A DNA stretch of 64,000 nucleotides, from the NCBI GenBank assembly GCA_028867755.1, contig JAGWFT010000002.1, positions 160,001-224,000 on the forward strand, read 5' to 3'. Position numbers and translations under genes: made by a program. Positions 28,760 through 38,285 of the stretch are shown in pieces (the stretch's first letter is position 1; the number at the start of each line of letters is the position of its first letter). The notes below the pieces were generated by a model. It worked only from the letters and a program-made list of their open reading frames with translations, had not been told where the DNA came from and did no database searches. This DNA comes from Nitrososphaerota archaeon (GTDB lineage: Archaea > Thermoproteota > Nitrososphaeria > Nitrososphaerales > Nitrosopumilaceae).

Positions 28760-28907
28760 GAATATAATATGATGATTTTAGATATTATACCAATGACAAA
28801 ATTATCATTACTGAGAATCATCATTTTACTCAGTTATTCCTAAGCAAAATTATCAGATCTGATAATCGGATTTTCTCGTTAAATAGGATCAACGGCTTAT
28901 TCTATCC

Positions 28908-28997
28908 ATGTTCGAAAAACATTGCCAAGTTTGCGGTATTGGTGTAAAGAAAGAGACAACACTAAAGTGATTTAACAAATATTTTTGCACTAGGTGA
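28908..28997 (+). pseudogene. TRASH/YHS-like metal-binding domain remnant with an internal stop
   Basis: MFEKHCQVCGIGVKKETTLK*FNKYFCTR*: CxxCG...KYFC pattern interrupted by TGA. Confidence 0.5.
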
Positions 28998-29287
28998 TGC
29001 CTGATGGTGCTTGTTCCACATAAAACAAGACATCTGAAGTTGAGAGGAGATTTGAGTTTGGGATGCCAAATGGTGTAGCAATCTCAAGACAATTGTTTGT
29101 CACCGTACATGTAGGAAGGCTAGCTTGAGAACTGTATGCTGCTAGATCATTTTCCAAAGTAGGATCATTTCATGTAACAATAATTGCAATCATGGAACTT
29201 CCACTTGTTGCAAATACCGTAGGAATGGTCAAAGATGAAGATAAAATCGATAGAACTATTACACTAACGAAAATATTTTTCGTTCAA
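28990..29287 (-). pseudogene. Remnant of a secreted S53/subtilase-like peptidase
   Basis: Signal-like IFVSVIVLSILSSSLTIPTVFA, then IAIIVT*NDPTLENDLAAYSSQASLPTCTVTNNCLE, resembling IAIVDAYxxPxxExDLxxYxxQxGLPxCTxxNGC; stop codon and frameshift present. Confidence 0.55.
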
Positions 29288-29370
29288 CCTATATTATCGC
29301 ATCACTTCTTTCCTATTAGGTTCTTCTTATCTGTGATTTGCATGCATTATGAATAATCATATAAATTATT

Positions 29371-29856
29371 TCAATATGGAGGAGGTTGCACTATAAGCTG
29401 GCCCCTCATGGTAGGATAGTGAAATGTACAATAGTAAGTAAATACACCAGTAGTATTTGCATCCAATGTCATGGTTGTATTCTCACCTGGATGTACAACA
29501 ACATTGATGTTGTACGGCTTGTCAAAGATAGTAAATGAATGATTATCTCCGCCAGGTTGTTCAATGTTAAAAAAGTGGATCACCATTTTATCGCCTTTGA
29601 AGACTGCCATAACGGGCATACTGTAAATATCCTTGGGCATTCCCATTTGGGTCTCATTGAAACCAGGGATCTCACTATCAGACAGCCAAAATTCTCTCTT
29701 TTCTCCAGTGTAATGTTGAATGTTGCTTGTTTGCAGTGTGTTCTGGTTTGTTGCCTGTGATGTGGTGGTGATGGACATTGTTACAGCGATTAAGGCAATA
29801 GTAATTGCAGCAATAGCTATGCCAAGTGTTATTATTGTAGTACTGGAGGACAACAA
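29371..29856 (-). CDS. Membrane-anchored cupredoxin with an intact type-1 Cu site
   Basis: N-terminal TM; DNHSFTI (His), GVFTYYCTFHYPTMRGQL (Cys/His/Met). Confidence 0.85.
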   Translation of the reverse strand: MLSSSTTIITLGIAIAAITIALIAVTMSITTTSQATNQNTLQTSNIQHYTGEKREFWLSDSEIPGFNETQMGMPKDIYSMPVMAVFKGDKMVIHFFNIEQPGGDNHSFTIFDKPYNINVVVHPGENTTMTLDANTTGVFTYYCTFHYPTMRGQLIVQPPPY

Positions 29857-29927
29857 AAATTCTAGTTACCTACCTATTTTTAATGATAATCACCATTCTC
29901 ACCAATAGAAATGGTAGGTAGCATATT

Positions 29928-30167
29928 ATGCATTATAAAGAACTGATTGTCATGAATAAAAAAATCCTTTTAGGCATTGCGGTTGGAGTTGTCATTATCG
30001 CTGCAACGCTAGGAGTAAAATCAATCATGGGAGAGAAAATAGCACTACCTGGCGAAGAACACACCGAAAATGCATTAAACTTACAAGAAAACAATCAATC
30101 ACAGATCAAATCACTAACTACAAGTAACGAGTCAAGTTCTTCCGAGTCAACAGAATCTGGTCCATGA
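29928..30167 (+). CDS. Small membrane-anchored hypothetical protein
   Basis: MNKKILLGIAVGVVIIAATLG plus a Ser/Glu-rich tail. Confidence 0.5.
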   Translation: MHYKELIVMNKKILLGIAVGVVIIAATLGVKSIMGEKIALPGEEHTENALNLQENNQSQIKSLTTSNESSSSESTESGP

Positions 30168-30207
30168 GAAAGTATCTATTGATCCAAATACGATAGGTTG
30201 AGTAGAC

Positions 30208-30477
30208 ATGGCAGAATTATCAATTACCAATTATGTACTTCTTGCGGCACATCTCATAGTTGGATTTTTACTTGTCTTCTTTGCTGCCAAAGCGTTCAAG
30301 AGAACAAAATATCTTCCTATGGCACTTCTAGTCATAGGATTCACACTTTTGGTTCTTGGAGAAACTGTCATGGAATATGCATTTTCATTTGCTGGCGAGA
30401 GCTTGCAAAAAATAATAGAAGAAGGGTTTGAGATAGCTGGATTTATCGTACTTATCATAGCAGTCAAGAAAAGCTGA
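30208..30477 (+). CDS. Small 3-TM membrane protein co-transcribed with a wHTH regulator
   Basis: Three hydrophobic segments; ends 4 nt before the ArsR-like gene. Confidence 0.65.
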   Translation: MAELSITNYVLLAAHLIVGFLLVFFAAKAFKRTKYLPMALLVIGFTLLVLGETVMEYAFSFAGESLQKIIEEGFEIAGFIVLIIAVKKS

Positions 30478-30481
30478 AAAA

Positions 30482-30823
30482 ATGACAAACGATGATGAGA
30501 TCCTAGGCATATTGGGAGATGAATATAGTAGAAAGATACTTGCAATACTGGCAAAAAATGAGCTCAATGCCCAAGAAATATCAGCAAAACTTGGTATTCC
30601 CGCTTCGACAACCTATAGAAAGATCAAGAGCTTGGAAAGTCTAGGCCTCATAAAGAAGACTAAGGTTGTTCGTACGCTTGAGGGTCTTGACGAAAGTTAC
30701 TACAAGAGTTTGGTCTCAGGTATAGATGTAAAGTTCAGAGATGGCGAGATGTCGTGCAAACTTGAAAAGTTTGCCATGGATGAAAAGATACAAAGGCTTT
30801 GGGAAAAATTCTCAGAAAAATGA
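30482..30823 (+). CDS. ArsR/HTH_20-type winged-helix transcriptional regulator
   Basis: LGDEYSRKILAIL, NAQEISAKLGIPASTTYRKIKSLESLGLI. Confidence 0.85.
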   Translation: MTNDDEILGILGDEYSRKILAILAKNELNAQEISAKLGIPASTTYRKIKSLESLGLIKKTKVVRTLEGLDESYYKSLVSGIDVKFRDGEMSCKLEKFAMDEKIQRLWEKFSEK

Positions 30824-30933
30824 ATTGATTTTATTGTAATGCTGTGTTATAGATTTAATAAAATATCTGCTATCATTCTCGTTGATGAAAATGGTAGAAC
30901 CGATTTTATTCCAATCTGCATATTAATTATTCG

Positions 30934-31170
30934 ATGAAAACATCTTCATATGTACTAATGACGCTTGTCATACTTGCCACAAGTGCACCGACACTAGCTC
31001 TTGCACAATATGAAAACGAAGGAGGAGATCAGGGAAACACTGTGATGATCCTGGCAATCTTTAGTTTGACATTATACGTAACCATATCCGCAATACTTGG
31101 CGTAGTTGGATATTCAATTTGGAAAGTATGCAGGATAAGAAGAAAAGCTGCAAAAATGAGAGCGACGTAA
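30934..31170 (+). CDS. Small secreted/membrane protein
   Basis: Signal peptide plus one TM helix plus basic tail. Confidence 0.5.
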   Translation: MKTSSYVLMTLVILATSAPTLALAQYENEGGDQGNTVMILAIFSLTLYVTISAILGVVGYSIWKVCRIRRKAAKMRAT

Positions 31171-31712
31171 TCTTTATGCATAATTTTTCTATCCATTCAT
31201 ACTTGAAAATATCAATAATGATAGTTCTTGCATTTGTTCCCACTCTAGCCTATGCTGATGATGACAATGGATTTAGTACGGCTGCCACTCTTGGCTGGTT
31301 AGCAATTGGCTGTGGAATGGCAGCAAATCTCTCACTTATCATATTCAAAATGATAAAGAAGATGCCTATCATGAAATTAGTAGGCGGTTCTAGTACTTCA
31401 CAAAGTTTGACATCCATGTACCAACCTGTATTGAATTTCCACATCCTGTTAAATTCAGTGGGATTCTTTGCTGGTTTATCGCATGGATTTATGCTCATAC
31501 GAGGACTGGACTACATATCACTCTCATTGGTCATAGTCATGACCGTATCAATGATTAGTGGCATAATACTCAAATTCGCATCTGATAAAAATTTAAAATT
31601 CTTCAGCAGACTAGTTCATGGTCAAGCCATTCTTGCTGCATTACTAGTGACACTTGTTGTTTTACATGTAATTACTAGATGGCATCATGGAATTATCATG
31701 CATTTCATATGA
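31119..31712 (+). CDS. Multi-TM protein with His residues in the helices (cytochrome b561/ferric-reductase-like)
   Basis: FHILLN..GF..GLSHG and VHGQ..LAALLVTLVVLH give four membrane His; true start probably near 31176. Confidence 0.5.
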   Translation: MESMQDKKKSCKNESDVIFMHNFSIHSYLKISIMIVLAFVPTLAYADDDNGFSTAATLGWLAIGCGMAANLSLIIFKMIKKMPIMKLVGGSSTSQSLTSMYQPVLNFHILLNSVGFFAGLSHGFMLIRGLDYISLSLVIVMTVSMISGIILKFASDKNLKFFSRLVHGQAILAALLVTLVVLHVITRWHHGIIMHFI

Positions 31713-31828
31713 GGTATATGACATATTCTTACAGGTCTGAATCCCAATCTTAACTATGATAATGACACGTAAAAACATCAGTTTGAAACCTTTGATGAGT
31801 GTTACAATATTAGTTTAATACCAAAACA

Positions 31829-31923
31829 TACCGGGGGTGGGTTTCGAACCCACGACCTCCAGATTATGAGTATTACCCTTTTTGTGGAGACTGGCACTCT
31901 AGGCCAGGCTGAGCTACCCCGGC
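31829..31923 (-). tRNA. tRNA-Met (CAU, elongator type) with a 19-nt intron at non-canonical position 30/31 (31872-31890)
   Basis: GCCGGGG...CCCCGGT-A acceptor; after removing TCTCCACAAAAAGGGTAAT the anticodon arm is CCAGA-CTCATAA-TCTGG; the intron forms a bulge-helix-bulge (TGCC/GGTA central helix). Confidence 0.93.
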
Positions 31924-32140
31924 ATAGATTACGCCTAATTTCAACTGCAATTAAATGTAGCTTGTAGAAAATGTTCGGAAAAATTTCGAAAACTAATTTC
32001 TTTTGATCCAAAAATATGTGCAGTCTAAAATTAATTAGACTGCTTTTGTACAAATGTGGAGTGGCAGTTGATGAATATTCAGTGTAAGACAAAGTATGAC
32101 ATGAAATGCCTAATTTGTAAAAAACTTGAAAAAGACCTTT

Positions 32141-33718
32141 TTAGGCTTGAGCAATATCTCTCCAATTGGTCTCGACTTTTGTGACCCATTGGAATTTCTT
32201 TTGCAATGCACTTGTGTAGAGTTTTTCCCACTCTAGTCCAACCGCATCAGACCACGCCTTGACTACTCTTGGGTCAATATAGTTGCGTAAAGACGTGCCC
32301 AGGTTGTAATCTCGTGTTTTTTCGGTAAGCTCTATGGTTAGTTTCAATTTTTCTTCTCGTTGTTTTTGTTTTTCTGCCTGCTTTTCTGTCTTGGTAGGAG
32401 TTTCCTCGAGTTTTTTTAGTGCATCTCTTTTCTTTTGTAGTGCATCTTCGAAGCTCTTGGGAATTGTTCTTTTGTGGTTGCAGGTTATTGCCGCCTCTAG
32501 GTTTGCAAGTTTTGCATGGTAAATTTTGATGTTTTCTGACTTGGAATCTATCTTGCCTACCTTTTTTAGATAACTTTTCACCACATTTGTTGCCAAGTAT
32601 GTCCTGAAGACCTTGGCAGTAAGATCTTTTACCACACCACTCAAAAACTCATTTACATGTCTTGATGTAATGTCATCAAATATGAGATCGTCTGATTTTT
32701 TCTTTTCAGTGAATTTTTTCAAATTTTCATAAAATACCTTGTCCTGCTCTGTTACAGGAAGTGGCCTTTGCCATCTCACACTGTCTTTTCCAAGAAAGTC
32801 AAATTCTATTATGTTTGGTTTTAGCTTGATGTGTTCCACGCGGAGCGTTGTTGCACCTACAGTGTCTGCCTCATCAGGATCCTTTTCGTCTCCTACTCTC
32901 ATTGCAGTCTTGTAAATTAGATAACTTACTGTGGCCACCTGTCTCACCTTTTCGTCCTTGTCTGACATTTTTTTGACTATGGCATCAAGCACTTTACTTA
33001 TGTGCTCTGAGAGCTTGGTTGCCTTTTCATATTTCATCTTGTCACGACCTTGCTTTAGGTCAGAGGTGTCAGAAAGCCAAACATACTTTCTTTTCTCTGT
33101 AAGCCTATCTTCCCAGCTTGCAAGCCACATAAAGTCAGACTCGTGAATTATCTGCCACCACTTTCCTGGAGGAACCTTGGCATCTTCTCCAAGGTTTAGT
33201 GTAACGTCTTTTTCGGTGACTCGAGGCTTCCATCTGCCCCTTAGTGGATGGTCGCCACGTCCTATGAATAAGCCTGGCGGTTCTGCCATCCAGTTGGCAA
33301 CCTCTACTTCTTTTCCATCCATCATTGCCTTTCCGTATACTCCCTTCATCTTTTCTTTGATCTCTTTTCTTGTAGTGGCAATCTTCTTTTTCTCTTCTTT
33401 TGTTACCGTAAGCTTGGCATCATTTTCTTTATCAACAACCTTGAAAGAGTCTGAAAAATCAATATCGGAAAATGCAGTCTTCTTGTACTTGTCTGGCAGC
33501 ATCGTGACAAAATCAGAAAGAAAGTTTTTCTGAAAAACAGAATCTTTCACATAAGGCGTGTCTTTTTTCTTTGCCCACTGGTAGGCCATCTCTTCTGCAT
33601 CCAAGCTTAGGGGGACCTTCTCACCCTTGATCCTAATCGTTATCCCCTTTGACTCAAACGGGGGAGGGAATGCAATGCCGTTATGTTGTAATGTCTTCCA
33701 CTTCATTTTTAATATCAC
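32141..33718 (-). CDS. top1: DNA topoisomerase IB (eukaryote-like, thaumarchaeal)
   Basis: WKTLQHNG, EPPGLFIGRG.HP, WLASW, AMRVG.EK, FDFLGKDS, KVFRTY.A, CNH, SLRNYIDP (catalytic R-K-R-H-Y). Confidence 0.97.
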   Translation of the reverse strand: MILKMKWKTLQHNGIAFPPPFESKGITIRIKGEKVPLSLDAEEMAYQWAKKKDTPYVKDSVFQKNFLSDFVTMLPDKYKKTAFSDIDFSDSFKVVDKENDAKLTVTKEEKKKIATTRKEIKEKMKGVYGKAMMDGKEVEVANWMAEPPGLFIGRGDHPLRGRWKPRVTEKDVTLNLGEDAKVPPGKWWQIIHESDFMWLASWEDRLTEKRKYVWLSDTSDLKQGRDKMKYEKATKLSEHISKVLDAIVKKMSDKDEKVRQVATVSYLIYKTAMRVGDEKDPDEADTVGATTLRVEHIKLKPNIIEFDFLGKDSVRWQRPLPVTEQDKVFYENLKKFTEKKKSDDLIFDDITSRHVNEFLSGVVKDLTAKVFRTYLATNVVKSYLKKVGKIDSKSENIKIYHAKLANLEAAITCNHKRTIPKSFEDALQKKRDALKKLEETPTKTEKQAEKQKQREEKLKLTIELTEKTRDYNLGTSLRNYIDPRVVKAWSDAVGLEWEKLYTSALQKKFQWVTKVETNWRDIAQA

Positions 33719-33863
33719 CGTATTTTTTACCTAAATCTGTTGACTTTGACAAAAATTGACTCTCTGACTTATATCAATCTATTCAAAAATAATGTAAAAA
33801 ATTCATACATTTTTTCAATGATTGTACCAACAATGATGAAAATACTTTATCCACAGAAAAAAT

Positions 33864-34697
33864 CTAGCTAAAAAGTTCCTTTTTTATATAATTTTCAAAC
33901 TCAATGTCTGTCTTACTCTTCTTTGCCTCAAGGAACATTATTGCGTCATTGCCAACTGGGTACCTAGGTAATGGGTTCTCAGAGCTTATTGCATTGATTA
34001 TGGCTCTTGCCACATCTTGGGCAGGAGTTCCCATCTCAGACATCATGACAAGGCCTTGCATTACTTTTTCTGTAATATCTTTGTAAATGGAATCTGGCTT
34101 GGTTACTTTTTTTAACGATGCAAAAAGGTTAGTCTTGACAACGCCGGGCTCTATTATTACGGTCTTGATGTTAAATGGTGCAAGCTCGTATCTCATGGAC
34201 TCACTAAGACCCTCGAGTGCAAACTTTGAACTGATATAGGCAGGAGTTACAGGAAATCCAATCCTTCCAGCAACTGAGCTGACATTTACTATGATTCCAG
34301 ATTTTTGCATGCGCATTGTTGGCAATACTTCTTGGATTGTCCTTGCTACTCCAAAGAAATTTGTCTCAAACTGGGCTCTCATATCTTTTATTGATAAATC
34401 CTCAAGGCAGCCAACCAGGAAATATCCAGCATTGTTTACAAGTACATCTATCCTTTTTTTGTCCTGAACTATCTTGCCTACTGCATTCTTGATGGTATCT
34501 TCCTTATCCACATCAAGTTCTAAGACTTCGATCTTTAAGTTTTCTTTTTTTGCAATCTCTAAAATCTTGCCGTTCTTTTTTGTGTCGCGCATCGTGGCAT
34601 ATGTATAACATCCATTTCTTGCCAGTGCAAGTGCAGTCTCAAAACCTATGCCGCTTGAGCTCCCAGTTACAATTGCAACTTTATCCATAATTATCAT
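33864..34697 (-). CDS. Short-chain dehydrogenase/reductase
   Basis: TGSSSGIG, NNAG, YISSK. Confidence 0.92.
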   Translation of the reverse strand: MIIMDKVAIVTGSSSGIGFETALALARNGCYTYATMRDTKKNGKILEIAKKENLKIEVLELDVDKEDTIKNAVGKIVQDKKRIDVLVNNAGYFLVGCLEDLSIKDMRAQFETNFFGVARTIQEVLPTMRMQKSGIIVNVSSVAGRIGFPVTPAYISSKFALEGLSESMRYELAPFNIKTVIIEPGVVKTNLFASLKKVTKPDSIYKDITEKVMQGLVMMSEMGTPAQDVARAIINAISSENPLPRYPVGNDAIMFLEAKKSKTDIEFENYIKKELFS

Positions 34698-34753
34698 TCT
34701 AAAACCATGTTAATAATTTCTGCCATTTTATGATATCATCACAATAACATCGA

Positions 34754-37264
34754 CTAGACTAGAGGCCTGTCTCCCTCTGAAGGCTCTGAGATCTCTGTTA
34801 CTTCACCGTCCTTGATTCTCTGGAGTATCTCAGCAGATGCGCCCTTGTGAAGATATTCATTGTTGTTGCCACATCTGTACGAGAAGGTACACCGAGGGCA
34901 TCCTGACTCATTTTTGCACGGACACTCTTTTACTATATGCAGGCTGCGGTCAAACGCTTTTTCAAGCCTGTCATACAAGACCTTGCTTGCACCATTGCCG
35001 CCAATTGCAGAGTCGTATACAAAAATTAATCCTGATGTGCCAAGCGAGATTCCGCCAAGGTCTTGTGATACGCCGCCTGTTATCATGTTGCTGCCCTCTA
35101 TGACAACATGCTCAGTTGCATGGTATCCGCTTGCCTCTGTATGCTCTGCATTCTCAGCTTTGCCTATCTCAACTTGCGGTCTTGGTGCCTTGAAGACCAG
35201 ACCCTTTGTGACAAAATCATACTCTAGTGGATTTTCAAGGGTTACCTTTTGTCCCTGCGTTATCTCTTGGCCTAGCTCGATGTTGACATAGCCATATACG
35301 CGCTTTTGTATGTGTAGCTTGCAAAACGCCACCTCAATTCCGTTTGCCTGCCTTTTCTCAAAGATTGTATCAATTGTCGGCCACTCTTCTGTCAATGCCT
35401 TTGTATAGTATGGATAATTTTTTGGAAGAACTTCTAGTTTTGCAGACATGTTTCTAGGATAGCCAAGCTCCTTTACTCGATACCTTGTTCCGGCAAGAAA
35501 ATAAACAGCTGATGGATGCAGCTCTTCTAGTGCAATAGGCAGAACCCTGTCCCCTACTTTGATTCCGTTCAAGAAAATGTCAATTGACTTGCCAATTCCT
35601 CTAATGCTATAGTCTTCTAGGAGATTTTTAATTTGATCAAAGTTTGGAACATACCTATTTTCAACCAGAACGAGATTTCCAACATCAAGGTGTCTTTGAA
35701 TCACGCTCTTGTGCTCTTGCAGCTCATGTTTTGCAATTGGCTTGTCGCATGCCATTGCAAGTACCTGAAACTCTTCAACAAAGGGATTTTTTGGGTCTAT
35801 GTAGATTTGTTCTGTGTCCTCAAAGTAATCCCCTGGGTGATTCTTGTAGTATTGCGATATTGGATCGTTTCCAAGAACCAAGAAAGCAAAACCGTCCTGC
35901 CCTTTTCTTGCGGCCCTGCCAATTCTTTGAACCAGTCGATTCACCGGAATGGTAGAAGATATCACACCATCCACATCTCCAACATCGATTCCAAGCTCAA
36001 GTGTAGGGGTTGCAGATACGGCAAGCAGCTTGTCATTTTTGAACATATTCTCAACTGACCGTCTATAGTTTGCCATCAGCCCTGCCCTGTGAACTTTGAT
36101 GTCTATCTTTTGGCGTCTTGCCTGAAGCGCCAAGAGCTCCGAGTTTAGGTGAGAGTTGTTAAAGACAAGTGTCTTGTGTCTCTTTGACGAGAGTCTCTTT
36201 AGTATGTCGATCATCAAGCCACGTTGGGTGACAAGAGAAGGAAACAGCATGCAAAACTCTATTCTCCCTTTCTTTCCAGAGCCTGTAACCTGTCCCATCT
36301 TGACTCCAAACAAGTCTTGGCAGAATGAGAGCGCATTTTCAAGTGTGGCAGAAGATGCCACAAACTGAACCTTGGGACAGACTCGTTTTAGTCTCTTGAT
36401 GATATAGTGTACATTAGAGCCAAAGATTCCTGAATATACATGGGCCTCATCAACTGCCAAGAACTTGACAGTATTTAGCAATGCAGCAAATCTTGTCCTG
36501 TGCCATAGGTGATAATGCAGCACATCAAAGTTTGTTATTATAATTTCAGGAGGACTGTCAAGAATCTTTCTTCGCTCTACATCTTTAGTATCTCCATCAA
36601 AAACAGCAATTCCGATATTTAGCTTGTCTGCAATGTCCTTTATCTTTGGGTACTGGTCACGTGATAACGACTTGGTCGGATAAACAAAGAGCGCCTGTGT
36701 GATGCGTTGTGGTGTCTTTGAATCCACTATTTTTTGCATTATTGGTATCACAAAGGCCTCTGTCTTGCCAGATGCAGTTGGGGCAGTTATGACAATGTTT
36801 TTTCCAAATATGATGTCATGGATTGCATCTTCCTGAAATTTGTAAAACTTGGAAATGCCTTTTGATTTTAACACCTCAATAATCCTTTCATCTAGTCCCG
36901 AGTCATCAACTGTAGAGCCCATCTCTGGGTCTGGCTCTTCAATTGACTTGAAATGTGACACGTAATGTTTTTTTGAAAATAATATTGATTTTGTCAGCTC
37001 GTCTATCTTGGTTTTTCCAATCATCTTTTTTATCTCCGATTCGCTTTGCAGAAGACCTTCTTTTTCTAGTGCACTCTGGGATTCTTTCTTGGTTGGAATC
37101 TGCCCCGAGTCAAACCTTACAAGAAAGTCAAGATATGCCTCATCTACGTTTCTTGTATCGTCTATTACGTCCTCAATCTTGCACTGTGCACAGCTGAACA
37201 GAATTTTTTGGTTAAATGTCTTTTGTACCTCTATCTTTGATTTACACTTGGGACACGAATGCAC
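34754..37264 (-). CDS. DEAH-box helicase of the Hrq1/SftH (YprA-like, DUF1998) family
   Basis: APTASGKT, YPTKSL, DEAH, SAT, ATPTLELGIDVG, QRIGRAAR; C-terminal C.C....GCPRC Zn site. Confidence 0.88.
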   Translation of the reverse strand: MHSCPKCKSKIEVQKTFNQKILFSCAQCKIEDVIDDTRNVDEAYLDFLVRFDSGQIPTKKESQSALEKEGLLQSESEIKKMIGKTKIDELTKSILFSKKHYVSHFKSIEEPDPEMGSTVDDSGLDERIIEVLKSKGISKFYKFQEDAIHDIIFGKNIVITAPTASGKTEAFVIPIMQKIVDSKTPQRITQALFVYPTKSLSRDQYPKIKDIADKLNIGIAVFDGDTKDVERRKILDSPPEIIITNFDVLHYHLWHRTRFAALLNTVKFLAVDEAHVYSGIFGSNVHYIIKRLKRVCPKVQFVASSATLENALSFCQDLFGVKMGQVTGSGKKGRIEFCMLFPSLVTQRGLMIDILKRLSSKRHKTLVFNNSHLNSELLALQARRQKIDIKVHRAGLMANYRRSVENMFKNDKLLAVSATPTLELGIDVGDVDGVISSTIPVNRLVQRIGRAARKGQDGFAFLVLGNDPISQYYKNHPGDYFEDTEQIYIDPKNPFVEEFQVLAMACDKPIAKHELQEHKSVIQRHLDVGNLVLVENRYVPNFDQIKNLLEDYSIRGIGKSIDIFLNGIKVGDRVLPIALEELHPSAVYFLAGTRYRVKELGYPRNMSAKLEVLPKNYPYYTKALTEEWPTIDTIFEKRQANGIEVAFCKLHIQKRVYGYVNIELGQEITQGQKVTLENPLEYDFVTKGLVFKAPRPQVEIGKAENAEHTEASGYHATEHVVIEGSNMITGGVSQDLGGISLGTSGLIFVYDSAIGGNGASKVLYDRLEKAFDRSLHIVKECPCKNESGCPRCTFSYRCGNNNEYLHKGASAEILQRIKDGEVTEISEPSEGDRPLV

Positions 37265-37297
37265 TAGGTCACGGAAAGATCTTGTCTGATTTAATTT

Positions 37298-38251
37298 TTG
37301 GTTGCAGGTAAAATTCTACCTCAAGTCAAACCTTTAAGCAAGAAAACTCTAGCAGAATCGTTGGCAGTACTTGTAACAGGTGCCACGGGATTTGTCGGAA
37401 CAAGGCTGGTTGACAGGCTGGTAAGAAGAGGAGATTTGGTAACTGCTCTTGTTCGCGTAGGCAAGGTTGCAAATCCACAAACAAAGGTGGTTACAGGAGA
37501 TCTGACTTATCCAGACTTTGATTTTCCAGACGACTCGTATGATACTGTGTACCATCTTGCAGCTGCGTGGCCTGGCGAGAAAGACAAGAAGGTGCAAAGA
37601 AAGGTAAACTATGACGGAACGGTCAACCTGTTTAGCAAGATAAAGGACAAGATCAAGTTTTTTGTGTATATTTCAGGACTGGGTGCTTTTGGGGACCCAA
37701 AAGGAAATCCAATAGATGAGACCTCAAGTGTAAACCCCAATACAGACTATGCCAAGATTAGGCTGGAAGCACAAAAGTATCTTGAAGACAGTTGCAAAGA
37801 AAATGGAATTCCATTTACTGTTGCATATCTTGGCGATGTGTACGGAGACGGGGGCTGGTTCAAATCCATGATGATTGAGAGACTAAAGAAGGGCTCGTTT
37901 AAAATTCCAGGCTCTGGAAAATATTACCGAAGTTTTGTCCACGTCGAAGATGCAGTATCTGCACTTGTATCAATCGTAGAAAAAAATCAGGTAAATCAAT
38001 CATTTGTAGTAACAGACTCTAGTCCAGCCATGTTTTCAGATTTTGCAAGTTTTGTCTGCTCAAAACTTGGAGTAAAAATACCTGGAACAGTTCCGACATT
38101 TCTTGCAAAAACAGTTCTTGGCTCTGACTTTGTAACACTGCTTACAACATCAGTCAAGGCGTCCAACTCCAAGATATCTCAGATATGCAATTTTGCGTAC
38201 CCTTCATATCAAGAGGGAATAAGTGCAGTTATTTCAGAAATGAAATCATGA
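37298..38251 (+). CDS. NAD-dependent epimerase/dehydratase family protein
   Basis: VTGATGFVG, YHLAA, YAKIR, VYGDGG, FVHVED. Confidence 0.85.
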   Translation: MVAGKILPQVKPLSKKTLAESLAVLVTGATGFVGTRLVDRLVRRGDLVTALVRVGKVANPQTKVVTGDLTYPDFDFPDDSYDTVYHLAAAWPGEKDKKVQRKVNYDGTVNLFSKIKDKIKFFVYISGLGAFGDPKGNPIDETSSVNPNTDYAKIRLEAQKYLEDSCKENGIPFTVAYLGDVYGDGGWFKSMMIERLKKGSFKIPGSGKYYRSFVHVEDAVSALVSIVEKNQVNQSFVVTDSSPAMFSDFASFVCSKLGVKIPGTVPTFLAKTVLGSDFVTLLTTSVKASNSKISQICNFAYPSYQEGISAVISEMKS

Positions 38252-38285
38252 TTAGAATATAATATGTGGCCCTTCTTAGGTCCGT

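Larger units (their letters stand above)
28275..31844. mobile_element. tRNA-Met-integrated genomic islet (~3.55 kb), no integrase visible
   Basis: Bounded by the 17-bp att-like direct repeats, lies downstream of the tRNA 3' end, and contains short ORFs and pseudogenes. Confidence 0.75.

Noticed and set aside
31802-32092. 96-aa minus-strand ORF
   Set aside because: It overlaps tRNA-Met and its promoter and has no protein-like motif.
32141-33718. Eukaryote-like topoisomerase IB as a novelty
   Set aside because: It is an established hallmark of Thaumarchaeota, so it is annotated rather than reported as new.
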